Shown here in pieces: positions 40,023 to 51,519 of a DNA stretch of 64,000 nucleotides. Position 1 is the stretch's first letter, and each line of letters opens with the position of its first letter. The translations under genes were made by a program, and so were the position numbers. The notes beneath the pieces are model-generated. The model had not been told where the DNA came from, did not search any database, and saw only the letters and a list, made by a program, of their open reading frames with translations. Source of the stretch: an uncultured Planctomycetaceae bacterium (GTDB lineage: Bacteria; Planctomycetota; Planctomycetia; Isosphaerales; Isosphaeraceae); NCBI GenBank assembly GCA_963833985.1, contig CAWIAD010000002.1:480001-544000 (forward strand). Direction: 5' to 3'.

Positions 40023-40664
40023 ATGGGTCCGACAGAGCGTCGTAAACAGGAGCGGGAGATGATGCGGGAGAAGATTCTCGACGCGGCGCGTGAGGTCTTC
40101 GTCGAGAAGGGATTCGAGGCGACCTCGATGCGCACGATCGCCCGCAAGATCGGTTACACCGCGACCACACTCTACGATTACTTCAAGGACAAGGATTCGC
40201 TCTTGCTCAGCCTCTGCGACCTCGATTTCGAGCGGTTCAACGAGGTCCTGGCGCGGACGAGCGGAGCGATCGCCGACCCGGTGGAGCGGCTGCGTGCACT
40301 GGGCCGCGCTTACTTCGCCTTCGCGCGGCAGTATCCGAGCCATTACCGGATGATGTTCATGACGCGGAGACCCCCGGTCGACCCCGCGCAGAGCGATATT
40401 GAGCGCGGCAACGCCGATCAGGATGCCTATGCCTATCTGCGGTCCGTCGTGGCCGAGGCACTGGCCGCCGGCCGGTTCCGAGACGAGTATCACGACGCCG
40501 ACCTGGTCGCCCAGATCGTCTGGAGCAGCGCACATGGTCTGGTGGCGCTTCACCTGGTGAAGGAAGACGACCACTGGTTCAACTGGCACCCCTTTGACGA
40601 AGCAGCCGAGGCGGTCCTCGACGTGTCGCTCAGGGGCCTACTGAAGGCCGACGAGGTACGGTGA
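40023..40664 (+). CDS. TetR/AcrR regulator (WHG-type C-terminus)
   Basis: ILDAAREVFVEKGFEATSMRTIARKIGYTATTLYDYFKDK; WSSAHG. Confidence 0.92.
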   Translation: MGPTERRKQEREMMREKILDAAREVFVEKGFEATSMRTIARKIGYTATTLYDYFKDKDSLLLSLCDLDFERFNEVLARTSGAIADPVERLRALGRAYFAFARQYPSHYRMMFMTRRPPVDPAQSDIERGNADQDAYAYLRSVVAEALAAGRFRDEYHDADLVAQIVWSSAHGLVALHLVKEDDHWFNWHPFDEAAEAVLDVSLRGLLKADEVR

Positions 40665-40668
40665 TCTC

Positions 40669-41799
40669 ATGGTCGACCTGGCGCGGAAGATCCTGCTGCA
40701 CGACAAGCTGCGATTCCTGATCACGGTTTCCGGCGTGGCGTTCGCCGTCACACTGGTGTTCGTCCAGGTCGGCTTGTTCGAGGGCTTGCTGGCGAACGCC
40801 TCGGTGACGATCGAACGGATCGACGCCGATCTCTGGGTCACGGCCCGGAACACGCCGAATGTCGATTTCTCGAACACGTTCCCGGAAACTTTTGTCCAGC
40901 GCGTGCGGTCGATCTCCGGCGTGGCGCATGCCGAGAACCTGATCGTCTGGTTCGGCCGCGTCGCCCTGCCCAGTGGGGCCAACGAGAACGCCGTACTCTA
41001 CGCCCTGGAGAACTTCGATCGCTGGGGCCTCCCCTGGTCGATCCAGTCGGGCAGCCCGCGGGACCTGAGGCGTGGGAAATACGTCATCCTGGATGACTCC
41101 GCGATCAAGCGTTTCGGCGCCTTCGCGGTTGGCGACTATCGCGAGTTCTTCGGCCAGAGACTGAAGATCATCGGCACCACGCACGAGGCGCGTTCGTTCA
41201 CCACCAACCCGATCGCATTCGTCGATTACCGGCTCGCCCAGTCGATGATGCGGCAGGAACTGCACAACCGCACGACCTACATCCTGGTGAAGCTGGCGCC
41301 GGGCGCGAACCTAGAAGCCGTGCGCACCGAGATCCGCCGCCGGCTGCCGTACAATGACGTGCACAACCGAGCCGAATGGGCCGCCCGATCGCGGGACTAC
41401 TGGACCAGCAGCACGGGGCTCGGGCTGAACATGATGATGACCGTTTTTCTCGGCTGCCTGGTCGGGGTGGTGGTCGTTGCCCAGACGCTGTACACCTCCA
41501 CCATGGAGCACATCCGCGAATTTGCCACCGTCAAGGCCATCGGCGGAGGGAATGGCCACATTTTCGCGATCATTGGCAAGCAGGCGGCAATCGCGGCCGT
41601 CGTCGGCTTCGGAATGGGCGCTCTGATGACCCTTGCGCTCCGGCCGGCCATGGCAGCCATCGACCTGCGGCTGGTCCTCACGCCGGCGTTTGCCGCTTAC
41701 GTGTTCTGCGGGACCCTGGTGCTGTGCGTGAGCGCCTCGGTCCTCTCGTTCCGCCAGGTGGCCGGCATCGACCCCGCACTCGTCTTCCGTGGTGCCTGA
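40669..41799 (+). CDS. ABC exporter permease (FtsX/MacB/DevC-like)
   Basis: N-terminal TM, periplasmic domain, REFATVKAIG and three C-terminal TMs. Confidence 0.9.
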   Translation: MVDLARKILLHDKLRFLITVSGVAFAVTLVFVQVGLFEGLLANASVTIERIDADLWVTARNTPNVDFSNTFPETFVQRVRSISGVAHAENLIVWFGRVALPSGANENAVLYALENFDRWGLPWSIQSGSPRDLRRGKYVILDDSAIKRFGAFAVGDYREFFGQRLKIIGTTHEARSFTTNPIAFVDYRLAQSMMRQELHNRTTYILVKLAPGANLEAVRTEIRRRLPYNDVHNRAEWAARSRDYWTSSTGLGLNMMMTVFLGCLVGVVVVAQTLYTSTMEHIREFATVKAIGGGNGHIFAIIGKQAAIAAVVGFGMGALMTLALRPAMAAIDLRLVLTPAFAAYVFCGTLVLCVSASVLSFRQVAGIDPALVFRGA

Positions 41800-41912
41800 G
41801 CAGACGTGGACTGAACTGCACAGACGTCGCATGCCGCCGGGTGGGCTCTGCTGTCTTCGGCCGACCACTCCGGAGACGGTGCGCCTGGATCTTGAAGGGG
41901 AGGTTCATTCCC

Positions 41913-42584
41913 ATGAGCGTGCTGGAAGCGTTCGACTTGACCAAGGTCTATCGTGAGGGGACCGAGTCGGTCGCGGTGTTGAACGGTGCCTCGCTCCAGC
42001 TCGATCGCGGCGAGATCGTGGCCCTGGAGGGTCCTTCCGGGTCCGGCAAGACCACCTTCCTGACCATCGTCGGGTGCATGCTCACGCCGACGTCGGGACG
42101 AGTGGTGATCGAGGGACGCCCGGTGGATCCGACCCGGCCCGACAGGCTTCCCGAGTTCCGCCGCGGCTCGATCGGCTTCGTCTTCCAGCAGTTCAACCTG
42201 TTCCCGGCACTGACCGCCCTCGAGAACGTCGAGTACGCCCTCAATCTCAAAGGCGTCAAGGGAACGCCCGCGCGGCGTGAAGCCAGCCGCTTGCTCGACG
42301 CGGTCGGTCTCTCCGAGCGATCCAGCTACTTACCCCGCGACCTCTCCGGAGGCCAGAAGCAGCGCGTCGCGATCGCGCGGGCCCTGGCCGGATCCGCCCC
42401 CATCCTCCTGGCCGACGAGCCGACCGCGAACCTCGACACCCAGGTGGGCACCCAGGTCCTCGACCTCTTCCGCCGGCTTGCCACCGAGGAGAATCGGGCA
42501 CTCCTGATCGTGACCCATGACCCGAAGGTCCGCGCCGTGGCCGACCGCGTGGCGCAAATCCGCGATGGAGTGATCCTGAACTGA
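41913..42584 (+). CDS. ABC transporter ATP-binding protein
   Basis: GPSGSGKTT, LSGGQKQRVAIARAL, DEPTANLD and VTHD. Confidence 0.95.
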   Translation: MSVLEAFDLTKVYREGTESVAVLNGASLQLDRGEIVALEGPSGSGKTTFLTIVGCMLTPTSGRVVIEGRPVDPTRPDRLPEFRRGSIGFVFQQFNLFPALTALENVEYALNLKGVKGTPARREASRLLDAVGLSERSSYLPRDLSGGQKQRVAIARALAGSAPILLADEPTANLDTQVGTQVLDLFRRLATEENRALLIVTHDPKVRAVADRVAQIRDGVILN

Positions 42585-42640
42585 GATCCGGTACGCGTGA
42601 CGTCTTACTCATCGACCAACCCGATCCGGGAGAGTGGCTC

Positions 42641-43580
42641 ATGTTTCTTTCCAACTTGCAGAAGCTCTGGCTCCCTGCACTGGGCGCGCTGCTCATGGCC
42701 GGAGCCGTGGTGCAATCGCCGGCGGTGCAGGCGAGGCTGGGAGACTGGGTGCCGGCGCCGTGCGTAGTGGCCTCTCGAACCGGCCACTCCGCGGCGCCGG
42801 CGCCGAATACATCGGGCCTTCCCCGCGTGATCGCCGAGGGGCGAGTGGTGGCCTATCCGGGTGCCGAGGTCGTCGTCGGCACCGAGGCCTCCGGCCGCAT
42901 CATCACCCTCAACGTGCAAGAAAAGTCGGCCGTCCACAGGGGCGACGTGATCGCCGAGCTGAACGCGTCGGACCTGCGTGCCTCGCGCGACGAGGCCGCG
43001 GCGCAGATTGCCGAAGCCGAGGCCGACGTCCGTTATTTCGAGCGCGAGGTGAAACGCGAGGAAGCGCTCATCGCCCGTCGCGCGGGAACGCCCGAGAATC
43101 TGGACACCCAGCGCCGCGGGCTGGATATCGCGCAGCGCGGCGGGCTGCGGCGACGGCCAGCCGCGACCGGTTCGAGGCCCTGATTGCCAAGACGCGAATC
43201 ACCGCACCGATCGACGGCGTGATCACTGCCCGCCATGTTCATCCGGGCGAAACAGTCGAACTCAATGCCGCGATCGTCACCATCGCCGACCTCTCGCGGG
43301 TCCGGATCGAGGCCGAGGTCGACGAGTACGATACCGGACGGGTCGGGCTCGGCGCCCCTGTGTCGATCACCGCCGAAGGATTTCCTGGCGCTTGCTGGCG
43401 TGGGCTGGTCGAGGAGATTCCCGACACCGTCGTCGGTCGCCGACTGCGCCGGAGGACCCGGGCCGGCCGATCGATTCCCGCGTGCTGCCGTTGAAGATCG
43501 CTTTCGACGAATCAACCCCCCTCAAGCTCGGCCAGCGCGTGGAGGTGGAGCTTGCTTCCGTGGCCATTGCCTCCCCGTAG
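42641..43580 (+). CDS. HlyD/RND periplasmic adaptor subunit (frameshifts ~43130 and ~43450)
   Basis: AEGRVV...GRII...V..GDVIAEL; ITAPIDGVI...GETV; KLGQRVEV, spread over three frames. Confidence 0.85.
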
Positions 43581-43748
43581 ACCTGATTGGCCGGATTTAC
43601 CGGAGAGCCGCAGAATCCCTCAGATCCGTCACAACCGGAACCGATAAAGGTGGAGGGCTCATGACAGGCAACGTCTGCCAAAGCGCGCTCGCGGGCACTC
43701 TGATCTCGCACTCCCCTATCCGGAACACGGTGAAGGAGCTTCTGTTTC

Positions 43749-44018
43749 ATGCGAAAGCAACGCAAACTCGCACCGCGGCTCGAGGTCATGGAAGACCGTG
43801 TGGTGCCGAGCATCTACACCGCCAACATACCGCCGTCCATCAGGTCCGACTTCCACCAGGTTGGTGCCCACGTGAGCAGCTATTACAACTCGGTGAAGAA
43901 TTACTTCACGTCGCTCGTCAATCATCCGTCCGGCCAGACCCACCAGGCCTGGCCGACCGCCCATAAGGCCCCGAGCACCAGCCATGCTTTTCTCGGTATC
44001 CCCTGGCTGAAGTTCTGA
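43749..44018 (+). CDS. Small planctomycete extracellular (LEPR-XLL-type signal) protein
   Basis: MRKQRKLAPRLEVMEDRVVPS N-terminus; AAGGAG SD. Confidence 0.7.
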   Translation: MRKQRKLAPRLEVMEDRVVPSIYTANIPPSIRSDFHQVGAHVSSYYNSVKNYFTSLVNHPSGQTHQAWPTAHKAPSTSHAFLGIPWLKF

Positions 44019-44191
44019 GTGCGCCATGCGTGCATCCGCCATCCCAACCTCTCGTCTCGGTTGGGGAGCAAGCCGGATGGAGCACTGGCAAGAGCTTGTG
44101 ATGACGGTCGGAAGTCGGTACCAGTCGTTCGAACTGGGACCGATCTGTTCCAGGTCATTTTTTCGGTCCTGCATCCGTACGGCAGAGCGAC

Positions 44192-45106
44192 TCAGGCGAT
44201 GTGGCTTGCTTCGACGGATGTCAGCCGGCGCTGGATGAACGTACCGACGGCTTCGACAGCCCGTGTGGCTTCGGGAAACATCGGCGCCAGCAGGTGCCAT
44301 GCGTGCCACATCCCGGGCCAGGTGACCAGCTCGACGTCCACACCGGCGCTCCGGGCCTTCTGAGCCAGACGCTCGGCATCGCTCCGCAGCAGCTCGTCGC
44401 CGCCAGCGTGAATCAAGAGCGGGGGCAGCCCGCGGAGGTCTCCGTGTAGCGGGGAGATGAGCGGCGACCGGACGTCGTGATTCCCGATGTACAGCGCACG
44501 CATCCGCAGCACGAACTCGGGAGTCAATACGGGGTCCTTGACGGTCCAGAACGTCTCTCCGGTACCCTCGAGATCGGTCGCGGGCGAGAGGCAGACGGCG
44601 GCCGCAGGGAGTGGCTCACCCGCGTCGCGCAGCGAGATCAGGGTGGTGAGCGTGAGGCTGCCGCCCGCCGAATCGCCTGCGATCACGATGTCCCGCGGGG
44701 AGGTCCCATCCCGGAGCAGCCATCGGTAGGCGGCCAGACAATCATCGAGCGCAGCAGGAAAGGGGTGTTCCGGGGCCAGTCGGTAGTCGACCGCCAGGGC
44801 GCGACTGCCAGCGGCCTTGCAAAGCAGGCAGACCATCCGCCGGTGGAGGTTGGTCCAGCCCATGGTCCACGCCCCGCCGTGCAAATAGAGAATGACCGAG
44901 CGTTGCGCAGTGCTCGGCATGCGGATCCACTCGCAAGGCACCCCCCCCGCGCTCACCGGCCGGATATCCGCCTCACGGGGCGGCTTGAAGTAAGGTTCCT
45001 GAGACGCGATGTACGCGCGGAAGTCCTCGACCGTGGCGTCCCACCGGAAGAAACGCCTTCGCACGTCAAGGATCAACCGGATCAGCCGGCTTCGGAGGCT
45101 GCGCAT
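44192..45106 (-). CDS. HSL-family esterase/lipase
   Basis: LHGGAW, DYRLAPEHPFPAALDD, GDSAGG and GMWHAW. Confidence 0.93.
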   Translation of the reverse strand: MRSLRSRLIRLILDVRRRFFRWDATVEDFRAYIASQEPYFKPPREADIRPVSAGGVPCEWIRMPSTAQRSVILYLHGGAWTMGWTNLHRRMVCLLCKAAGSRALAVDYRLAPEHPFPAALDDCLAAYRWLLRDGTSPRDIVIAGDSAGGSLTLTTLISLRDAGEPLPAAAVCLSPATDLEGTGETFWTVKDPVLTPEFVLRMRALYIGNHDVRSPLISPLHGDLRGLPPLLIHAGGDELLRSDAERLAQKARSAGVDVELVTWPGMWHAWHLLAPMFPEATRAVEAVGTFIQRRLTSVEASHIA

Positions 45107-45477
45107 AAATGATCCCCAAAGCGATCATCGTCGTCCCGAGCCGGCGGACGTGGCAATACCGCTTCGACGAACCATGTCTGCGCAGCGTGATCGGCGGCCT
45201 GATCAACGGCAGCACCCGGAATCGGGCTGCATCCTGGAAGCTGGTCGATGAGCGGGATGCCTTCGCCGGGCTCAATCCGCCCCGCCGGCATGAAGCTGTT
45301 CTTGACCCGTTTCACCGTCGTCACTGCGTGATCAGGTTCATGAAACGGCGTCGGCGTCGGCACCGGCTGTGAACCCTGGGTCGTAATCGGCGGAGAGCGC
45401 TTCTCATGGCAGTCATCGAGATACGCCCGGCTGCCGGGACGGGCCCGGCAGTTGCAGGATGAGCTGATGGCCGATAA

Positions 45478-45515
45478 GCCAAAAAAAGCCCGGCCCCCCA
45501 CGAGGGGGCCGGGCA
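45478..45515 (-). terminator. Intrinsic terminator
   Basis: Minus strand GCCCGGCCCCC-TCGTG-GGGGGCCGGGC followed by T7. Confidence 0.75.
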
Positions 45516-46168
45516 CAGCCAGGGAGAACGACGCTTGCTCGTGATTCGTAAGTCGGGACCGGAACCGCCAAATTCCAATCCCTCATCAAGGGTTTCGGGT
45601 GGCCTTGATGTTCTGGAAAGGTGAAAAAGCACAAGCCGTGCCAGGCAAGCCCCCGCTACGGAGAATCTCGAGTCCGAATCCTCAAACCACTATAGCGGAG
45701 ATGGTTAGATCGAGGGCGAGAAGCACCAGGCCAAATGGACGGCGTCAGACCAAAATAGTGATTGCTCATTTCTTCAGCATGGAAGTGAGTCTCCTGAGCG
45801 AATACTGAGCAAACCATTCCGACGCGGTTCTCGGATCCAAACAATGCATGCACCATTCATTGGATTGTCGCCATCGGGAGGGGAAACCTCGCGCTGCGGG
45901 CTCACTGGATAGAGGCTAGACTGAGCGGCGGATCGGCGGCAGTTATTCTGGCATGGCGTTTGGATGCGATTGGTGAAGCAGGCCATCATACGGGGCTGTG
46001 CATGGCCGCATGAAGCTACGAGGGCCAGGAGATCGGGTGAGGCTACGCGAGCTTGATGCTCCGACGAAAGCTGCTCTGTAGGATAAGATATAGAGGTTCG
46101 CAGGACTGGCCGACGGTCTTCGCCTCGGAATGACGCTGCCAGGAAGGCGGGGAAAGGACCATGGTTCA

Positions 46169-47909
46169 ATGAAGGTGCTCGTGCTCGGTCTGGACGGAGC
46201 GACCTGGGATATTCTGGAGCCGCTGATGTCGGCAGGCCATCTGCCCAACCTGGCACGCCTCCGGGAAGCGGGCGCCTCGGGTACGCTGGATTCGGTCTTT
46301 CCTCCACTGAGCCCGGTCGCATGGACCGGTGTCATGACCGGCAAGAACTCCGGCAAGCACGGCGTCTTCGAGTTTCTGGAATACGGTCACGACCCGCTCC
46401 GGCCCCGTGTCAATTCGTCACGCTCGATCCAGTCCGAGCTGCTCTGGGAGATCGCCGGCAGGCACGGCAAGAAGACCGTGGCGGGTGGCGTCCCCATGAG
46501 TTACCCGCCACGTCCGGCACGCGACTTTCCCGGGTTTTTCCTGGGTGATTTCTTGAGCCCCGAAAAGGCGGCCGATTTCTCTTCCGACCCGGCCATCTTC
46601 GCAGGAGCTCGAGCGCGCGGTTGGTCCGTATCGCGCCTGGTCCACGTCCACCCATGACGGCGGCAACGAGGCCGGAGTGATTGACGACCTGACCGCCTTC
46701 CTCGACCAGCATCTGAAGACGGTCCTGTTCCTCATGGAACGCTGCGAGTGGGACCTTTTCGTCTTCGATCTCATGGCCACCGATCGCCTGGGCCACGAGC
46801 TCTGGCATGTCTGGGATCTGACCCACCGCGCGGCCCTGGGACGCGAAAAGGAACTCGCCGCACTGCGTCCCAGGTTGATCGAGTTCTGGAAGACGCTGGA
46901 CCGGGGCGTGGGCTCCATCGCCGACCGGCTTCCTCCGGACGCTGCGCTGCTCCTGATGAGCGACCACGGTTTCGGTCCCATCGAATGGTATGTCAACTTC
47001 AACGTGTGGCTACTGGAACATAAGTTTATCGCCCTGGAAGACACCTTCTACGTCAAGCAAAAACACTGGTGTTACCGCCGGGGTTTGACGCCGGAATGGA
47101 CCTACAACGTGATGAGCCGCCTGGGCCTGGCCAGCCATCGGGTGAGCCGGTTTCGGGGCAAGCAGTCCGGCATGCTGGAGCGCCTCAGCGAGTCTGTTTT
47201 CCTTTCACGGCGGCACATCGACTGGTCCCGGACACGCGCCTACGCGCAGGGCAACTTCGGCCAGATCTTCATGAACCTGAAGGGTCGGCAAGCGCTGGGT
47301 TCTGTGGACGCTGCCGATGCCAGGGCGCTGCGCAGGGACCTGAAGGCCGGGTTGCTGGAAATCGCTCACCCCGATACCGGCCAGCCGCTCGTGCAGCAAG
47401 TCTATGATGGCGAGGAGCTGTACCACGGGCCTCATGCCCATCTCGCCCCGGACCTCACCGTGGTGCTCAATGACTGGCGGTACCGGACTATCGGGCTGCA
47501 CGACTTCACCACGCACAAGGTCATCTCCAGGGCGTTCGGACCAACCGGTGATCATCGCATGGAGGGCGTGCTGATCGGCTCCGGTGCTCCCTTCCGCCAG
47601 GGCGCGGCACCGCGCGGAGCCACACTTCTCGACATCACACCGACGGTCCTGCACCTGCTCGGTGTTCCCGTTCCCGACGACGTGGACGGCCGGGTCCTTG
47701 GTGAACTGCTCGAGTTCGATCCAGCGCTCGCGGCGGGCGGGAACGGCAGCGGCTCCGTGCCGCACCAGCAATCGCCCTGCGGCGTGGTGGGCAACGGCAA
47801 GCATGAGGCCGAGGTTCCCTGCCTGTCTCCCATGGCCAACGGTTCGGGTTATAACGAGCAGGAGGATGCCGCCGTCCAGCAGCGTCTGTCGGACCTTGGT
47901 TATCTTTGA
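46169..47909 (+). CDS. Type I phosphodiesterase/nucleotide pyrophosphatase (alkaline phosphatase superfamily; frameshift ~46603)
   Basis: VLGLDGATW, PPLSPVAW..TGKN.GKHGVF, DRLGH, SDHGFG, TGDHRMEG and RLSDLGYL. Confidence 0.88.
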
Positions 47910-48270
47910 TCAGCCCGGAACCCCGGTTGATCCTGTGTCAAGGCGCGACTATGATTGATTTGGCACGACTCCACGGACGTCGTGCCCCGAAAAGTGATGA
48001 TCACATCTCGGTTTCCCGATCTGGAAGGAGGCTGATCATGCCGATGACGTCCAGCCTGGTTCAGTCATCGCCCCCTGGCCCCAGTTCCGGATTCATGAAG
48101 AGCTAGCATCGCGCCAGGGCCTACGCGCGTCACCGTCATCCAGGTTGTGCGCTTCACGCCGTCTGGCTGTGCTCCAGAGCCCGGACGCCGGCCAGGTCGC
48201 CGGTGCGTGCCGGATCCCGCGCCACGTGAGCGCCATGTCCTGCCCCAACGTTACGTCGAGAGGGTTCATC

Positions 48271-48720
48271 ATGAGGCACACATTCTTTGGACGAACCGAG
48301 AGCGGCCCACATGCCCACCCCGGCTCTGAGGAGGGTTGCGCCAGGCACTCCCGATCGCGGCTCCCGGCCGGAGCGAGGCAGCGCCAGGCGGAGTGCCACG
48401 GCGGGACGGATCGCAAGGCACTCCAGCTTTGCCACCAGGTGGCCGTGACGTTGCAGGAAGTGCTTGCCGATTGCGGCGACGCCGTCCTTCAGGCCCTGCG
48501 CGTGGTTGTGGTGCAGCCCGCGCCGGACGCATCGCGGCTCCTGGTCACGGTGGCCCCTGAGACGCCGCCGGAAGAGAGCCTGGACCCGAACCGCGTGCAG
48601 GAGCGACTGGCACACGCGGCAGGCCACCTCCGTAGCGAAGTGGCCAGCGCGATCACCCGCAAGCGCGCACCGGTGTTGATTTACCGCGTGACGCTCCAGC
48701 CGGATGCCTTTTTCACCTGA
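48271..48720 (+). CDS. RbfA-like protein (divergent paralog)
   Basis: RKALQLCHQV...V.PAPDASRLLVTV...AAGHLRSEVASAITRKRAP.L KH-like pattern; start uncertain. Confidence 0.7.
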   Translation: MRHTFFGRTESGPHAHPGSEEGCARHSRSRLPAGARQRQAECHGGTDRKALQLCHQVAVTLQEVLADCGDAVLQALRVVVVQPAPDASRLLVTVAPETPPEESLDPNRVQERLAHAAGHLRSEVASAITRKRAPVLIYRVTLQPDAFFT

Positions 48721-48765
48721 ACGAAGGTTCGCGAATCGCAGCACGGCTCCGGACGCGCCACTGGC

Positions 48766-49818
48766 CTAACCGACGATGATCCGACCCGGCTCATTCACGG
48801 CGCCGGGGTCCTCGATGACGATCGGTCGATCGAGGAACGCTTGGATCGTCCGCGCGTTGGTACGCAGGTGTTCGGTGATCTCGCTGACGGTATAGAGAGA
48901 GCGGCCCTCGGCGAGTGCCAGGGGGAGCAGGATCTGGTCCGCGGAGTGGGGATCGACGGCACCTTGCGCGACAGCCTCGAAGGCCAGCAGCTCATCGACA
49001 ACCTCGTCGGCCACCTGTTCGGAGGGCTTGCCGCGCCGGCCTGAACCAAGAAACGTCGCCGGGACGTTCCCCTCGTGCTCGGCGATCAGGGCCAGCGCGG
49101 CGCCCGGGCCGGGGCCAGGCCAGCGAACGATGTCGATCTCGATTTCAACATCGATACTTGCTGTCGGTTCGCAGGCTCTGAGACGCTCCACCGCCCTGGC
49201 TCGGAGCCGCTCGGCAATGTGGTCGCCGAGGTTGGCGACCCCGGCCTGCCCTCGAATGCGCTGAAGCCGTCCGCGCTGGGTCTGGACCCAGGCTCTGGGC
49301 ACCGCCGGCTCGATCCATGCCTCGAGCCGGCCGCCTCCCCTGGGATAGAAACCAGCGGCCGGCATGCCCAGCGCGATCGGCATGCCCAGGGCGGCGAGAT
49401 GTCCTCGCCAGGAATGTTCCAGGAACGGGTACGCTGGCGCCCTGGGGTTGAAGGTACCTCCCGTCAGAACGACGCGCACCGGCGCAGCGGCGCGCATGGC
49501 CAGAGGAAGTTGCAGCGTCTGAAGCACCAGGCCTGTGGAGCCCGCCGTGCCGATATCAATCGTCAGGTCTCCCGGCGCGTACTCTTGCGGCCGGAAAGTC
49601 AGTTCATGGGAGCCGACGTGGGCCCCGGAAACACTCGCCCGCCCCAGCGCCGCTGCGGCCTCGACGGCCTTCAGGTGCTGGGGCCTGAGGCCCGGCTGAT
49701 CGCGATTGGCACGAATTCGACGCATCCGGAACGGCCGGCCGGTGAGCAGCGAGAGTGAAAGCGACGTACGCAGGATCTGCCCGCCTCCCTCGCCGCGCGA
49801 GCCGTCCAGATGCACCAT
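48766..49818 (-). CDS. rtcA: RNA 3'-terminal phosphate cyclase
   Basis: LDGSRGEGGGQILRT, RIRANR..PGLRPQHL, GFYPRGGG, VDPHSADQI and TEHLRTN. Confidence 0.95.
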   Translation of the reverse strand: MVHLDGSRGEGGGQILRTSLSLSLLTGRPFRMRRIRANRDQPGLRPQHLKAVEAAAALGRASVSGAHVGSHELTFRPQEYAPGDLTIDIGTAGSTGLVLQTLQLPLAMRAAAPVRVVLTGGTFNPRAPAYPFLEHSWRGHLAALGMPIALGMPAAGFYPRGGGRLEAWIEPAVPRAWVQTQRGRLQRIRGQAGVANLGDHIAERLRARAVERLRACEPTASIDVEIEIDIVRWPGPGPGAALALIAEHEGNVPATFLGSGRRGKPSEQVADEVVDELLAFEAVAQGAVDPHSADQILLPLALAEGRSLYTVSEITEHLRTNARTIQAFLDRPIVIEDPGAVNEPGRIIVG

Positions 49819-50056
49819 GTCGTCCGGGTCAGCGATCAAGTCCGCCACGGGTCCGGATACTCCGCGTTGTTCTTGCCTGCCACGAGGCATCCATGATAAC
49901 CGAACCGGCCCGGGAATCGCCGCATGGGGCGCATGGCTGACCCATCGTTTACCGGCCTGGAGCGGCCCGGGAGATGCTCCGTGGAGAAACCGTCCGTTAC
50001 CCTGACGCATGTACCGCTCCCTGGCCGCGCGTACTTCGATAAGGTCCTGGCCGCGT

Positions 50057-51057
50057 TCAGCGTCCAGTTGTGGGATCTGGGACTTTTGCCGGCCAAACTT
50101 CGCGCGGGCTCGTCGGCGCCCGCGCGGACCCGGCGGCCGCGGGCGCACCGATCTTCAGGGCGAGACCGGGAGCCGGCCGATCACCGTGCGCGACGCTCTC
50201 TCCGGGCAGGCCCAGCTGGTTGCGGTCGGCCCAGACCAGGATCAGCTTCTGCCTCCGCTGGTCGCCATGAGAATTCGCCTGCGTGAACAGGAAAGCCCCC
50301 AGGCTGCGCTCCTGCTCAGGGCGACAGCCGATCACGGCGACCTGGCCAGGCTCGAGGGTCACCGTGGCCGACAGGTCGGGAAGCGATTCTTCTTGCTGTC
50401 CGTCATTGATCCTGAGCTCGCGCGGAGTGTAGGGGGAGGGGCTGGCCGTGGGCTGGAACGAGCGCTGGACCGGCCCGTGGTGGATCTCGGGTGTGAACCG
50501 CAGTGCGACGCTGCTGGTACCGTCGTGCGTGGCGATCACCCGGAAGTACCCGCTGGCGGCCTGGTAGTCCCTGCCGTAAGGATGATTCTCGCGGTTCAGA
50601 AGCATGGTCACCTGGTCGGCCATGTCGCTGATGCTGATGAGCGTGTGTTCGCCATCGTCGAGCAGAAAGGAAGCGGGCTCGACCTTGTGCGGTGGCGGCG
50701 CGCAAGGACGGCCTCGAGCTCGGGCGGCAACTCGCCGGTGATCCGGCCGACACGCAGCCCGTTCACCTGCAAGGCGCGCCGGGCTTCGGGCGTGATCGAC
50801 TGCTCGTCGGCGGCCCTCCAGGCCACTTCGTTGATCGACGGATCATGAAATGAACGATCCAGGATGGCGACCCGGAGCATGCATTTTCGGGGCTCGATGA
50901 GCTGCCCCCGGCGGCCGCTGATCTGTGCCAGGATGTTCTCGGGACGGAGCTGGTTCTTGTGCGGATTGCAGCCGGACAGGCTGGAGAGCACGCTCACGAC
51001 AACCAGGGCCAGGGCCGACACGCCCACCGTCGCCCACCGTCGGCTCTGTGCATCCAT
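50057..51057 (-). CDS. Hypothetical lipoprotein (frameshift ~50700)
   Basis: SSLSGC lipobox; LQVNGLRVG and FTPEIHHG in two joined frames. Confidence 0.6.
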
Positions 51058-51519
51058 GAGGCGGAATCCTTTCCGCGACGTCTTGGGGAGAGTCAGACAT
51101 TTGGAGGGTGGAGTGTAGGGCGATCCCGGGGGTCCGTCAACGGGAAAACGGATCCGGTGAACTTCGGGACTTCGAGACCGCGCTTGCAGGCAGTGCAAAA
51201 AGAAAGGGAGGCACCTGCGGCAAGATGCAGGGGCCATGGAATGCGACTCGCTCGCGAAATATGCGAGATCTTCGAGGATTTTGTGTTCTGGGGGCCAGCG
51301 GAAGCGCATGAATTCTCGCGGCCTGATAAAAACCGCCCGTGCACTGGAGTCCTAATGCGCGCCGCCCGGGGCGAAACCGGCTTGTGATCGTCGCTGCCGA
51401 ACTGTATAGGATTCTTAAGCGACGATGCCCCGAGTGCCACATCAGTGAGTGCTTGATAGGCGCGATTGCGAGCCAGACTCGCAACGAATCTCGAATAAGC
51501 AGCATGGAAGGTTACTGAC

